Assembly (NCBI GenBank): GCA_016935525.1
Contig: JAFGQU010000004.1
Location: 65,314 to 129,313, forward strand
Source of the DNA: Candidatus Omnitrophota bacterium
GTDB taxonomy: Bacteria > Omnitrophota > Gorgyraeia > Duberdicusellales > 4484-171
Direction of reading: 5' to 3'
DNA: 64,000 bases
Both the position numbers and the translations under genes were made by a program. Numbering within the stretch: position 1 is the first letter of the stretch; each line of letters begins with the position of its first letter. This document shows positions 29,178 through 38,219 of the stretch, piece after piece. The notes under the pieces are model-generated. The model was not told the DNA's origin, did not search any database, and saw only the letters and a program-made list of their open reading frames with translations.

Positions 29178-30313
29178 TTTCTACCTCCTGTTATAAGATG
29201 GTGAATAATCCCCCATTTATTTTTCATCCCGTAACTCCGGTATATACTTAAAATATAATGTAAAAACATTCCTATCCTTCCTTTTACTTTTACGCCTAAA
29301 GCAACTCCATAGGCACGATCATTCGCCAGAGGCACTACATAACCTAAATCACAAGGCTGATAAGGGATTAACCTCTGATCCTGTATACTGCGGATCAGAT
29401 TGCGCCCGGCGCATTGTCCTTGGGTGACCGCCGCCTGTACCGATAATCTCAAAGGGACTCCGTGATATTCAAAATAAGCGGTATCGCCGGCAACAAAAAT
29501 GTTTTCCCGGCCCTCAAGACGCAAATACCGATCGACCGGCAGCCGGTTCTGCGGTAACTTCTGAGCGGTAAGCCCCGCGCAAAAAAAAGGCGTACGCACC
29601 CCGCTTACCCATAAAAACATCGCATCTTCAAAGACTTGGCCGTCAGATAATTCTATCCTTTTATTTTGACAATCTTTTACGGTAGCGTTATAGATACGGC
29701 CGATTTTCAGCTGGTCCAAGTTCCGTTCTACATGTTTTTTTATCCACTCCGGCAACGGCCCCAAAAGCGAAGAAGTTTTCTCTACAATCGTTATAGTTTT
29801 ATTTTGGTTATTTCGGTCCAAATACGCCCTTATATTGGTAGCAAGTTCAATACCGGTATACCCTCCTCCGGCAATAATAAACCGGGAATATTCGTTCCTT
29901 TTTAAAACCTCAACGATTTTTTTTACCTCATCGATATCATTAAATGTATACGCTTGTTCTTTCAATACGTCGTTTCCGTAAAAATTAGTGACTGTTCCCG
30001 GAGAAATGATCAGGTAATCATAATCCAATTTTCCCTGACGCATCTCCAAGATAGATTTTTGCGTATCAATGGCAATAACCTCGTCGCATACAAAGCGCGC
30101 CCGGCAATCTCCGGCAATCTTCGCCAAAGGATATTGAAGATACCGGGCCGGGATCCTTTTTCCGATAATATCGGGTAATAACGGCAAAAACTGGGAAGAA
30201 CGACGTGTATCGACAAGGGTTATTTCTAAATCGGTAGGGGTGCTCCGCGCGAGCGTTTTTAACGCATTGATACCGGCAAACCCGCCGCCGACGATAACAA
30301 CTTTTTTACTCAT
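29174..30313 (-). CDS. FAD-dependent pyridine nucleotide-disulfide oxidoreductase (NDH-2 / sulfide:quinone oxidoreductase type)
   Basis: Two dinucleotide-binding motifs: VVIVGGGFAG and FIIAGGGYTGIE. Confidence 0.75.
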   Translation of the reverse strand: MSKKVVIVGGGFAGINALKTLARSTPTDLEITLVDTRRSSQFLPLLPDIIGKRIPARYLQYPLAKIAGDCRARFVCDEVIAIDTQKSILEMRQGKLDYDYLIISPGTVTNFYGNDVLKEQAYTFNDIDEVKKIVEVLKRNEYSRFIIAGGGYTGIELATNIRAYLDRNNQNKTITIVEKTSSLLGPLPEWIKKHVERNLDQLKIGRIYNATVKDCQNKRIELSDGQVFEDAMFLWVSGVRTPFFCAGLTAQKLPQNRLPVDRYLRLEGRENIFVAGDTAYFEYHGVPLRLSVQAAVTQGQCAGRNLIRSIQDQRLIPYQPCDLGYVVPLANDRAYGVALGVKVKGRIGMFLHYILSIYRSYGMKNKWGIIHHLITGGRK

Positions 30314-30445
30314 AATCTGTCCTTTTATGTGCCGAGAGCTATTTTACCACAACCTTACCATAATTATAATATCAAAAGTCTCGCCCCCTCTTTTCGAGAA
30401 ATCTGCAGGTTGCCGATATTTTTCACCTATGATAGAATACAGCCG

Positions 30446-31375
30446 ATGAGAATCCATACTCAAAAATCGGTTTCTCTCTTTATCGGTCACTGGATACAGG
30501 CAATCCGCCCGTTCGCGTTTACCGCATCGATAATCCCGGTGACTCTGGGCGCAGTATTCGCTTTTGCGGGTCCATACCCGATCCGGTGGGAACTTTTTCC
30601 GTTGGTCCTGGTCTGTGCTCTGTTTTTTCACGCCGGCACCAATCTTGTGAACGATTACTACGATTTCACACGCGGTATCGATACGCTCGACAGTTTCGGG
30701 TCAAGCCGGATCCTTCCCGAACATAAGCTTACTCCCCGCCAAATCCATAGAAGCGCTCTTTTTTGTTTTGGATGCGGGTTTGGCTTGGGGATTATTCTGG
30801 TGATAATCCACGGATTACCGATGTTAGGATTGGGAATGATCGGCCTTTTAGGCGGGTATTTTTATACTGCCCGTCCAGTCGAATACAAATACCGGGCTCT
30901 GGGCGATATTTTCGTATTTATACTGATGGGACCGCTGATGGTGATCGGCTCATTTTTCGCGCTGACCGGGACATATCATCCCGGCATATTCTATGTTTCT
31001 TTACCGATAGGTTTTCTGGTCACGGCAATTCTTCATGCCAATAACCTGCGCGATATCGATCATGACCGACAAGCTCGCATCAAAACGTTCGCGAACATGT
31101 TAGGGCACCGTAACGCTCAGATAGAATATCTGATCTTGATCGGGGGAGCTTATCTCAGCGTACTTATATTAATTATCAGCCGAACTATATCACTCTGGGG
31201 GATACTGGTCTTTTTAAGTGTCCCGGTAGCTTTAAAAAATATCATGGCCATCGAAAAAAGTAAACCCCATACTCCCCAAGATCTCGCCGCCATCGATAAA
31301 GAGACCGCGAAACTCCATTTTCTTTTCGGTGCATTAATGATCGTCTCGTTCTATCTTGAGACAATCATCACATGA
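30446..31375 (+). CDS. UbiA-family aromatic/isoprenoid prenyltransferase (MenA-like motifs)
   Basis: Asp-rich motifs NLVNDYYDFTRGID and NNLRDIDHD. About 8 TM. Start placed at MRIHTQKS. The ORF as reported begins at 30329. Confidence 0.75.
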   Translation: MRIHTQKSVSLFIGHWIQAIRPFAFTASIIPVTLGAVFAFAGPYPIRWELFPLVLVCALFFHAGTNLVNDYYDFTRGIDTLDSFGSSRILPEHKLTPRQIHRSALFCFGCGFGLGIILVIIHGLPMLGLGMIGLLGGYFYTARPVEYKYRALGDIFVFILMGPLMVIGSFFALTGTYHPGIFYVSLPIGFLVTAILHANNLRDIDHDRQARIKTFANMLGHRNAQIEYLILIGGAYLSVLILIISRTISLWGILVFLSVPVALKNIMAIEKSKPHTPQDLAAIDKETAKLHFLFGALMIVSFYLETIIT

Positions 31376-31992
31376 AACACGTTTGGTTTTTCATACTTCT
31401 TGCCTTTTTTTTCTGGTTCTTACTTTTTTTCCCTCCGGTCGCTCGTAGTACTCCTTTTTGGCCGATGATGGCGACAAGCGTCACTATATTAAGCGGATGG
31501 GCATTGTATAGCCAACAGGCCTCTTTAAACAGATTGTTTTATTTTAAATCCCATCATATATGGATAGGGATCTTTTCCGCATTGTTTCTTTATGGGGTAT
31601 TTTGGGCGGGCAGAGCATTGATCAACATAATTTTTATGCAAAGCGGCCATTTTATTCAATCGATCTATCAAACAAAACAAAATACTTCACCGATGACGAT
31701 AAGCCTCCTTTTGTTATGCATTATCGGGCCGGGCGAGGAGATTTTCTGGCGGGGATATATCCAACATACGCTCACAAAAAAAACTGGCATAACGAGCGGA
31801 TATTTCTTTTCGGTTTTTCTCTATATCCTTGTACATATCTGGTCGTGTAATCCTCTATTACTTATCGCTTCCGGTATCTGCGGATTATTCTGGGGATGGT
31901 TATTTTTACGGACACGAACGCTTTGGCCGGGAATCATATCGCACGCGTTATGGGATATTCTGGTATTCGTTCTTTTTCCGCTTGCAGCTTGA
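31372..31992 (+). CDS. CPBP-family intramembrane metalloprotease (CAAX protease homolog)
   Basis: EEIFWRGYIQ and HALWD motifs. ATGA overlap with the upstream prenyltransferase gene. Confidence 0.7.
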   Translation: MKHVWFFILLAFFFWFLLFFPPVARSTPFWPMMATSVTILSGWALYSQQASLNRLFYFKSHHIWIGIFSALFLYGVFWAGRALINIIFMQSGHFIQSIYQTKQNTSPMTISLLLLCIIGPGEEIFWRGYIQHTLTKKTGITSGYFFSVFLYILVHIWSCNPLLLIASGICGLFWGWLFLRTRTLWPGIISHALWDILVFVLFPLAA

Positions 31993-32023
31993 GTTGCCCT
32001 TTAAGCTATGTTAAGATATTTTA

Positions 32024-33064
32024 ATGATTACTGAACTTAAAAAGGCTATTGACCGTAAAATCCCTTCTTTTATAAAAAGTATCGATACCACGTACTCCTT
32101 AAGCAAGATCTCTCCCCTGCTTTATACCTGTATTAAAGATTTCGTGACCCGTGACGGGAAACGGGTCCGGCCGATTCTTTTTGTCGTGGGCTATCTTGGA
32201 TTTGCCAAAAAAACCGCCCCCCGGCTCTACACCAGCGCTCTGGCGATAGAACTGCTCCACGATTTCATGCTGGTCCATGACGATATTATCGATAAATCGG
32301 ATACCCGGCGGGGCAGACCTTCGATGCACGCGTTACTCAACACTCATCTTAAAAAACTTCGCGGGTTGAAGTTTGACGGACAGGACCTGGCGATCGTGGT
32401 CGGAGACGTGATGTACGCGATGGCGATCGACGCGTTCCTCGCGATCAAAGAGGAACCTTACCGTAAAGAAAAAGCGCTTAAAAATTTTATCCGGGCGGCG
32501 ATCTTCACCGGCGGCGGGGAATTCATCGAACTGCTCAATGACGCAAAAAAGATCGAACAGGTCACTAAAAACGATATCTATAAGATCTACGATTTTAAAA
32601 CCGCCTATTATACTTTTGCTACTCCGCTTTCAACCGGAGCGATCCTTGCCGGCGCGCCTGCATCTGCGATACGCGGCCTTTCCAGTTACGGAGTCGCGTT
32701 AGGCCGGGCGTTTCAGATCAAAGACGATATTTTGGGAATATTCGGTAATGAAAAGCAAATCGGAAAATCGACCCTTTCCGATCTGCAGGAATCGAAGAAG
32801 ACGCTGCTTATCTGGAATACTTTTCTTAATTCTTCCGCGAAAGACAGGTTACGGATTAAAAAAATGCTTACTAAAGATAAAGTCACCCGAGGAGACCTCT
32901 CACTGATGCAACAGCTTATCACCCGAACGGGGGCGCTCGATTATGCCCATAGCGAGATCAAACGCCTCATAGGTCAAGCCCAGGGTATCGCTGAAAAGAT
33001 TCCAATGCACCAAAAATACAAAAAACTACTTCTCACGTATCCCGCTCAGCTTCTCCGCGTGTAA
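32024..33064 (+). CDS. polyprenyl diphosphate synthase (GGPP-synthase-like)
   Basis: First Asp-rich motif LVHDDIIDKSDTRRG (DDxxD) and second Asp-rich motif FQIKDDILG. Confidence 0.85.
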   Translation: MITELKKAIDRKIPSFIKSIDTTYSLSKISPLLYTCIKDFVTRDGKRVRPILFVVGYLGFAKKTAPRLYTSALAIELLHDFMLVHDDIIDKSDTRRGRPSMHALLNTHLKKLRGLKFDGQDLAIVVGDVMYAMAIDAFLAIKEEPYRKEKALKNFIRAAIFTGGGEFIELLNDAKKIEQVTKNDIYKIYDFKTAYYTFATPLSTGAILAGAPASAIRGLSSYGVALGRAFQIKDDILGIFGNEKQIGKSTLSDLQESKKTLLIWNTFLNSSAKDRLRIKKMLTKDKVTRGDLSLMQQLITRTGALDYAHSEIKRLIGQAQGIAEKIPMHQKYKKLLLTYPAQLLRV

Positions 33065-33116
33065 TATTTCCCCTTTTCTTAAAGATCATTATTCAAGAAG
33101 TATGTCGAAAGATTGG

Positions 33117-33343
33117 ATGTATTTTTACCACAGAGCTCACAGAGAGCATAGAGGAAAATAAAATAGTCCGTCTCGGTTTATCAAGGATATTTGGTTTCTT
33201 CCCATCGAATATCGATGGGATATTTTTGCAAAAACAATTAAAACCGGAAAATATAATTTTCCGGTTTCATGCGGTTTTTGCAAAGAAAAGCGCAAAAACG
33301 CGAAACCAAATGTCCGTCTTATTATCTCTGTGGGACTCTGTGT
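33117..33343. repeat. MITE-like repeat, copy A (inverted relative to copy B)
   Basis: 227 bp bounded by ACCACAGAGCTCACAGAG ... CTCTGTGTCCTCTGTGGT terminal inverted repeats. Internal palindromes CCCATCGAATATCGATGGG and AAACCGGAAAATATAATTTTCCGGTTT. About 75-80 % identical to 58519-58758 when reverse-complemented. Confidence 0.7.
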
Positions 33344-33396
33344 CCTCTGTGGTAGAACTATCTCTCTTTTAGCAAACACAACTTGATAAGAGGAAA

Positions 33397-34272
33397 TCAG
33401 AAACAGACGAATTTACATGTTCCCGCTTGCACGTCGAGTGCGATCTCGTTTTGGGGATCAAGAGTAAGCGCTTTGGTGATATATTCTTCGTATTTGGCAA
33501 GATCGCCTTTGGCGCGATAGGCTTGCGCTAACCGCGCGTATATATCGGGAAACCGCGGATCTTTTACGATCGCTTTTTCCAGGTATTCTATACCTTTATC
33601 GATATCCCGCCCCAGTACCGGCGGGATGAGCATATAATAACTCCCCATACCGTAAAGCACCGAAACACTGTCCGGCTTGATCTTTTCGGCCGCTTTCAAA
33701 TGAGGCAATACCGCCGCGCCGTTGACGGCTTTTGAAAGCGGCCCGCCATAATGGGCGATCATTCCTTTGGCTCCGGCATACAGGCCGTGAGCGTTGGCCA
33801 TATTCATAGAATTCACTTTTTGTTCGCCTAACCGCAACACGGTTGCGGTAAGCCTTACGGTCTCTTCGAATTCCATCTGCATATAACGGATATACCCTAA
33901 ACTGATATAAGCCGGAGCAAATTGAGGATCCTGGGCGATTACCTCTTTCAGTATCCGTTCGGACTCACCGTACCGGTGGCCGCGCCGTAAACACTCGGCA
34001 ATACCCCATCGGGCCGGAATATCTTGAGGATTGAGACCATACAGTTTCTGAAATATCTTTTCGGCTTTTTCGTCCTCGTGTGCGGTCAAATACGCTAACG
34101 CCAGCGTATAAAGTTCCGCGGGTAAAGCGGTATTTTGATCTATCTGCGCCTCGGCTTCCGGTAGAGTCATCGTATCGGCTCGTTCATGGAGCCTGATCCA
34201 GTCGAAATCCGCGCCCATACCGAAAGAACCTATCCAACAGGTTATTAGAAAAAAAACAATGATTCTCTTCAT
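33397..34272 (-). CDS. secreted TPR-repeat protein
   Basis: Signal peptide. Repeated TPR-like A/Y/L helical hairpins. Confidence 0.6.
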   Translation of the reverse strand: MKRIIVFFLITCWIGSFGMGADFDWIRLHERADTMTLPEAEAQIDQNTALPAELYTLALAYLTAHEDEKAEKIFQKLYGLNPQDIPARWGIAECLRRGHRYGESERILKEVIAQDPQFAPAYISLGYIRYMQMEFEETVRLTATVLRLGEQKVNSMNMANAHGLYAGAKGMIAHYGGPLSKAVNGAAVLPHLKAAEKIKPDSVSVLYGMGSYYMLIPPVLGRDIDKGIEYLEKAIVKDPRFPDIYARLAQAYRAKGDLAKYEEYITKALTLDPQNEIALDVQAGTCKFVCF

Positions 34273-34568
34273 GAACGCATCTTCTTTTTAAAAAATTCCC
34301 AGGACACTATAGTAAGCGTCACTAAACTGAAATTAAACAGAAAATCTTCCAGAGGTATCGTCCCGTATTTTATCCCGAGAATCATCTTAGGATTATACCG
34401 GACAATACCCGCGCCGGTGATAAAGCCGTTGACGATAATCATCAATATCACAAACAGCATGAAATATACCCAGAATTTTTTGTTTTTCAGCAGGGAAACT
34501 CCCGTTATACGGTCGATCAGTATCGTTACTACGACTGAAATGGCGGCAAAAACGGTATATTCTTTCAT
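34269..34568 (-). CDS. lycopene cyclase domain protein (heterodimeric CrtYc/Yd-type subunit)
   Basis: 99 aa, 3 TM, with the IPLEDFLF (PxE[ED]) motif of lycopene-cyclase-domain proteins. Confidence 0.6.
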   Translation of the reverse strand: MKEYTVFAAISVVVTILIDRITGVSLLKNKKFWVYFMLFVILMIIVNGFITGAGIVRYNPKMILGIKYGTIPLEDFLFNFSLVTLTIVSWEFFKKKMRS

Positions 34569-34569
34569 A

Positions 34570-34872
34570 TCACTTTTTCCAAAAATAATTCACTGTTTCC
34601 CAGGTAAACACACAACAAAAAGGTATGACAATAAAAAAAAGCGCCTCTTCTAACGGTACATTGACGATATAAATATTACCTACGCTCGCGGGATCAAAAA
34701 ACCAATGGCCGCGCCAGGTAGCTCCTACATCCCATATTCCGAAACCCAAAAGGATAATGGTGGTAGTTTTTACTAACGCCCGCCAATTACGCCAGAAGCC
34801 CAGCCCAGGCCAGAAACTCAATAAAAACGGGAATATACCGGATAAAAAAAGAACCCACATATACCGGGACAT
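34570..34872 (-). CDS. lycopene cyclase domain protein (second heterodimer subunit)
   Basis: About 100 aa from MSRYMWVLF, with the VPLEEALFF motif. The ORF as reported extends to 35025 into crtB. Confidence 0.55.
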   Translation of the reverse strand: MSRYMWVLFLSGIFPFLLSFWPGLGFWRNWRALVKTTTIILLGFGIWDVGATWRGHWFFDPASVGNIYIVNVPLEEALFFIVIPFCCVFTWETVNYFWKK

Positions 34873-34938
34873 AAAAAGATTGTATCTTAAATGCCCCCCT
34901 TGTTCAAACGAAAACTCTATTGATTCACACAGGTTTAC

Positions 34939-35829
34939 GTGTACAATGAAAAAATGATGGCGGCCAAAGGCGATTCCCTGATCAAAGCCGGATACAAAAT
35001 TGCCCGTACACTGACCCGTATCCATGCCCGTACGTTTTATTTCGCTTCACTCTTTTTAACCGCGGCCCAAAAACCGGCGGTTTATTCAGTATACGCGATC
35101 TGCCGCAGGAGCGATGATATCGTCGATACGGAAGGAAATTCCGATAGAAAAAAGGACCTCGCGGCGATGGAAAACAAAATAACGCACGCTTACTCGAACG
35201 AGCCGCTTCCCGACCCGTTACTCGCTGCGTTCCGTCATACCGTACACGAATATGCCATCCCGAAAAGCTATTTTGACGAACTCCTCAAAGGTATGGCTAT
35301 GGATCTGGAAAAACCGCGGTATGAAAATTTTCAGGAACTCTCGCTTTATTGTTACCGGGTAGCCGGCGTGATCGGGCTGATCATACTTAAGATATTCAAA
35401 ACGGACACCCCCGAAGCCGAACCGCCAGCGATCGCGCTAGGGATCGCCATGCAACTTACCAATATCTTAAGAGATATCCGTGAAGATTATCTTAAAAAAA
35501 GAATATATGTTCCTCAGGACGAACTGCGCCGGTTCGGAGTAACCGAGACTCAATTGGCTCAACATACCGTAGATAATAATTTTATCGCACTGATGAGGTT
35601 TCAAATCGACCGAGCTCATGAGTATTACCGCCAATCGGCCGAAGGGGTTAAATTGATCAAGGCTGCCCGCGACCGGTATGTCGCCGGAATAATGAAAGAA
35701 GCCTATGAAAAGATCCTTGATGAGATAGAATTAAAAAATTACGATATATTTTCTCAGAAAGTATTTGTACCGTTAAGAAAAAAGATAATGACCGCGTTAC
35801 GGTTATTAGGAAAAGAGACCTGGGCATGA
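34939..35829 (+). CDS. crtB: phytoene synthase (squalene/phytoene synthase family)
   Basis: YCYRVAGVIGL and NILRDIREDY Asp-rich motifs. Its stop overlaps the ispH start (ATGA). Confidence 0.8.
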   Translation: MYNEKMMAAKGDSLIKAGYKIARTLTRIHARTFYFASLFLTAAQKPAVYSVYAICRRSDDIVDTEGNSDRKKDLAAMENKITHAYSNEPLPDPLLAAFRHTVHEYAIPKSYFDELLKGMAMDLEKPRYENFQELSLYCYRVAGVIGLIILKIFKTDTPEAEPPAIALGIAMQLTNILRDIREDYLKKRIYVPQDELRRFGVTETQLAQHTVDNNFIALMRFQIDRAHEYYRQSAEGVKLIKAARDRYVAGIMKEAYEKILDEIELKNYDIFSQKVFVPLRKKIMTALRLLGKETWA

Positions 35830-36668
35830 AGATCAATCTCGCCCGTTCGGCAGGATTTTGTTTTGGAGTAAAAAGAGCGTTAAAGCTTGCCTATCAAACC
35901 GCGAAAGCAAGACCTTCGGTGGTAATGCTCGGCGATATCGTCCATAACGAAGAAGTCGTAAAAGATATCACTGCCGCCGGTATAAAGAAAATAGACCGTC
36001 TGGGTAAAGGCAAAAAAACTACCCTGCTTATCCGCGCGCACGGCGCCTCTAAAAAGACGATCGAGCGGGCCCACACACAAGGCTACGCTATCGTTGACGC
36101 TACCTGCCCGATGGTGAAAGAGATCCATACTCTGGCCCATACGGCCGAACGTCAAGGGTATACCGTCATCATCATCGGAGACAAAAAACACGATGAGGTG
36201 CAGGGAATCATCGGACAACTGCAGAGTAACGCTCTCGTGATCGACTATCTCAAAAATATACCTACGCGAAAGCTTACTTCTCTGACTAAAGCCGCGGTAG
36301 TAGTCCAATCGACTCAGAATATGGAAAAAGTATTGGAGATCGTCGATAAAATAAAAAAATACGTCCCCGACCTGAAATTTTTTAATACTATCTGTAACCC
36401 TACCCGGATCAAGCAGAAAGAGATCCTCACTTTACCGCTGGAGAACGACGTAATCCTGGTGATCGGCTCAAAGATGAGCGCAAATACCCGGCGGCTCTAT
36501 GAACTCGCCCGGGGTCTTAATCGCCGTACCTACTGGATCCAGTCAAAAAAAGAACTGCGGAAACGCTGGTTTAAAAATACCCGCAGCGTAGGGATAACTG
36601 CCGGAGCATCTACTCCCGATAAAATCACAAACGAGATCGTCGCTTACCTTAAAACCTTCACTCTGTGA
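35826..36668 (+). CDS. ispH: 4-hydroxy-3-methylbut-2-enyl diphosphate reductase
   Basis: N-terminal NLARSAGFCFGVKRA and the conserved Cys triad context of IspH/LytB. 280 aa. Confidence 0.9.
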   Translation: MKINLARSAGFCFGVKRALKLAYQTAKARPSVVMLGDIVHNEEVVKDITAAGIKKIDRLGKGKKTTLLIRAHGASKKTIERAHTQGYAIVDATCPMVKEIHTLAHTAERQGYTVIIIGDKKHDEVQGIIGQLQSNALVIDYLKNIPTRKLTSLTKAAVVVQSTQNMEKVLEIVDKIKKYVPDLKFFNTICNPTRIKQKEILTLPLENDVILVIGSKMSANTRRLYELARGLNRRTYWIQSKKELRKRWFKNTRSVGITAGASTPDKITNEIVAYLKTFTL

Positions 36669-36679
36669 CCTTTTGTATA

Positions 36680-38119
36680 TTACGATTGTTCGATAAGATC
36701 GGCAACGATACGTGAAGAGGCGATCACCGGTGGGAGCCCTTCTCCGGGTTGAGTGCTGCATCCGACAAAATAGGCATTTTTATAACGCCGGTCGCGGTTC
36801 GGCGGACGAAAAAAGGCGCTTTGCATAAGCGTATGGGCAAGGCCAAACGTCGCGCCATGGTACACGTTATAACGGGAAACGAAATCTTCCGGATAAAACC
36901 GGTGTTCTACTTCGATCAAATCTTCGATATCCTCGCCGATGACGGTTTTGATCTTTTCAAATACCAGTTTTCTTAACCGCGGTTCATACTCACGGAACTG
37001 GCCTTGATAGGTCTCCAAGTTAGGTACCGGTATCAGGATATAGACGATATCTTTACCGGGCGGCGACATCAAAGGGTCTGTCACCGTCGGTACATGGACA
37101 TAAAATGAAGGGTCAGCGGGCACGACCCCTTCATGGAATATTTCGTTCAAATTCTTATCGAGGTCTTCGGCAAAGAAAAGGTTATGATGTTCTAGGTTTT
37201 TTATCTTCTTCTTCAAACCCAGATAGAGCAGGTATACCGAACAGGAATACTCATATTTGGGAAGCATACGATTAAGTAAAGTCTTCTGCGCATAGGCATA
37301 ATCGGCATTGACGACGGCAATATCGAACTGTTCTTTTTGACCGTGCACAGAAAGCGCCGGTTGACGGCGGTACTGGATGTGTGTTACCTCGCTGTCGTAA
37401 TGGAACTCCACCCCGAATTCCCGTCCCAACCGTTCCAGGTTTAAAGGGATCTGATACATCCCTCCCAAAGGATGGAACACTTTCTGGACATGATCGGCGT
37501 AGGTGATCACACTGTAGAATGCCGGAGCGTGGAAAGGAGACACTCCGATAAACATCGCTTCAAAAGTAAAGGCATAGACAAGTTCGTCAGTCTTAAAGAA
37601 ATCGTGGGCCAGACGCCAATAGGTCTTATGGGTCTTTAGTTTCCACAACAGGCTCCAATAAGCGGGATTACACAGCGCTTTGGGAGTAAAACTTTTATAC
37701 AGCAACGGTTCGACCGATGTATACATATCCCCTACATCGGCAAGAAACCTATCGAACTGCCGAGAGCTGCCCGGTTCGATTTTTTCCAGTTCCGCTTTCG
37801 TCTTCTCGCTGTCACGATAGATGACCAGTTCTTTCCCGGAAGGATAAAATATCTTGTAATGGATATCGAGCGGAGCCAGATGAAGATAGTCGGAAAGATC
37901 ACGACCGCAGTAATCAAAGATCTCTTTGAAAAAAGAAGGCATCAATACAAACGAAGGGCCGGTATCGAATTTAAATCCGGCATCTTCGATAATATGCGCC
38001 CGGCCGCCGGGACGGGGAAGTTTTTCGAACACATCGACTTTATATCCGCGGGATCCCAGACGGGCCGCAGTCGCAAGCCCTCCTACTCCCGCGCCGACAA
38101 TAGCGATATGTTTTTTCAT
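36680..38119 (-). CDS. crtI: phytoene desaturase (CrtI family)
   Basis: N-terminal FAD fold IAIVGAGVGGLATAARL. C-terminal CrtI signature region YFVGCSTQPGEGLP. Confidence 0.8.
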   Translation of the reverse strand: MKKHIAIVGAGVGGLATAARLGSRGYKVDVFEKLPRPGGRAHIIEDAGFKFDTGPSFVLMPSFFKEIFDYCGRDLSDYLHLAPLDIHYKIFYPSGKELVIYRDSEKTKAELEKIEPGSSRQFDRFLADVGDMYTSVEPLLYKSFTPKALCNPAYWSLLWKLKTHKTYWRLAHDFFKTDELVYAFTFEAMFIGVSPFHAPAFYSVITYADHVQKVFHPLGGMYQIPLNLERLGREFGVEFHYDSEVTHIQYRRQPALSVHGQKEQFDIAVVNADYAYAQKTLLNRMLPKYEYSCSVYLLYLGLKKKIKNLEHHNLFFAEDLDKNLNEIFHEGVVPADPSFYVHVPTVTDPLMSPPGKDIVYILIPVPNLETYQGQFREYEPRLRKLVFEKIKTVIGEDIEDLIEVEHRFYPEDFVSRYNVYHGATFGLAHTLMQSAFFRPPNRDRRYKNAYFVGCSTQPGEGLPPVIASSRIVADLIEQS

Positions 38120-38219
38120 TTTCTATCTGCCTTTTTGTATCACGGAAAGGATCAGTGGACCCGAACCGAACTGAAAACATTGTATCACGCGATTTGCGGT
38201 ATAGATAGATAAAACAAGA

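Noticed and set aside
33137-33379. 80-aa ORF, plus ORFs 58350..58715 and 58498..58725, which share peptide similarity (VFAK..HRYS.G)
   Set aside because: The similarity arises because they are read across copies of the same DNA repeat. The copies are in opposite orientations, so the 'conserved' frame lies on opposite strands. There is no RBS. This is a repeat artefact.
34873-35025. Apparent 87-bp overlap between the lycopene-cyclase-domain ORF and crtB on opposite strands
   Set aside because: Resolved by starting the cyclase-domain gene at MSRYM (34872). That leaves a 66-bp divergent promoter gap.
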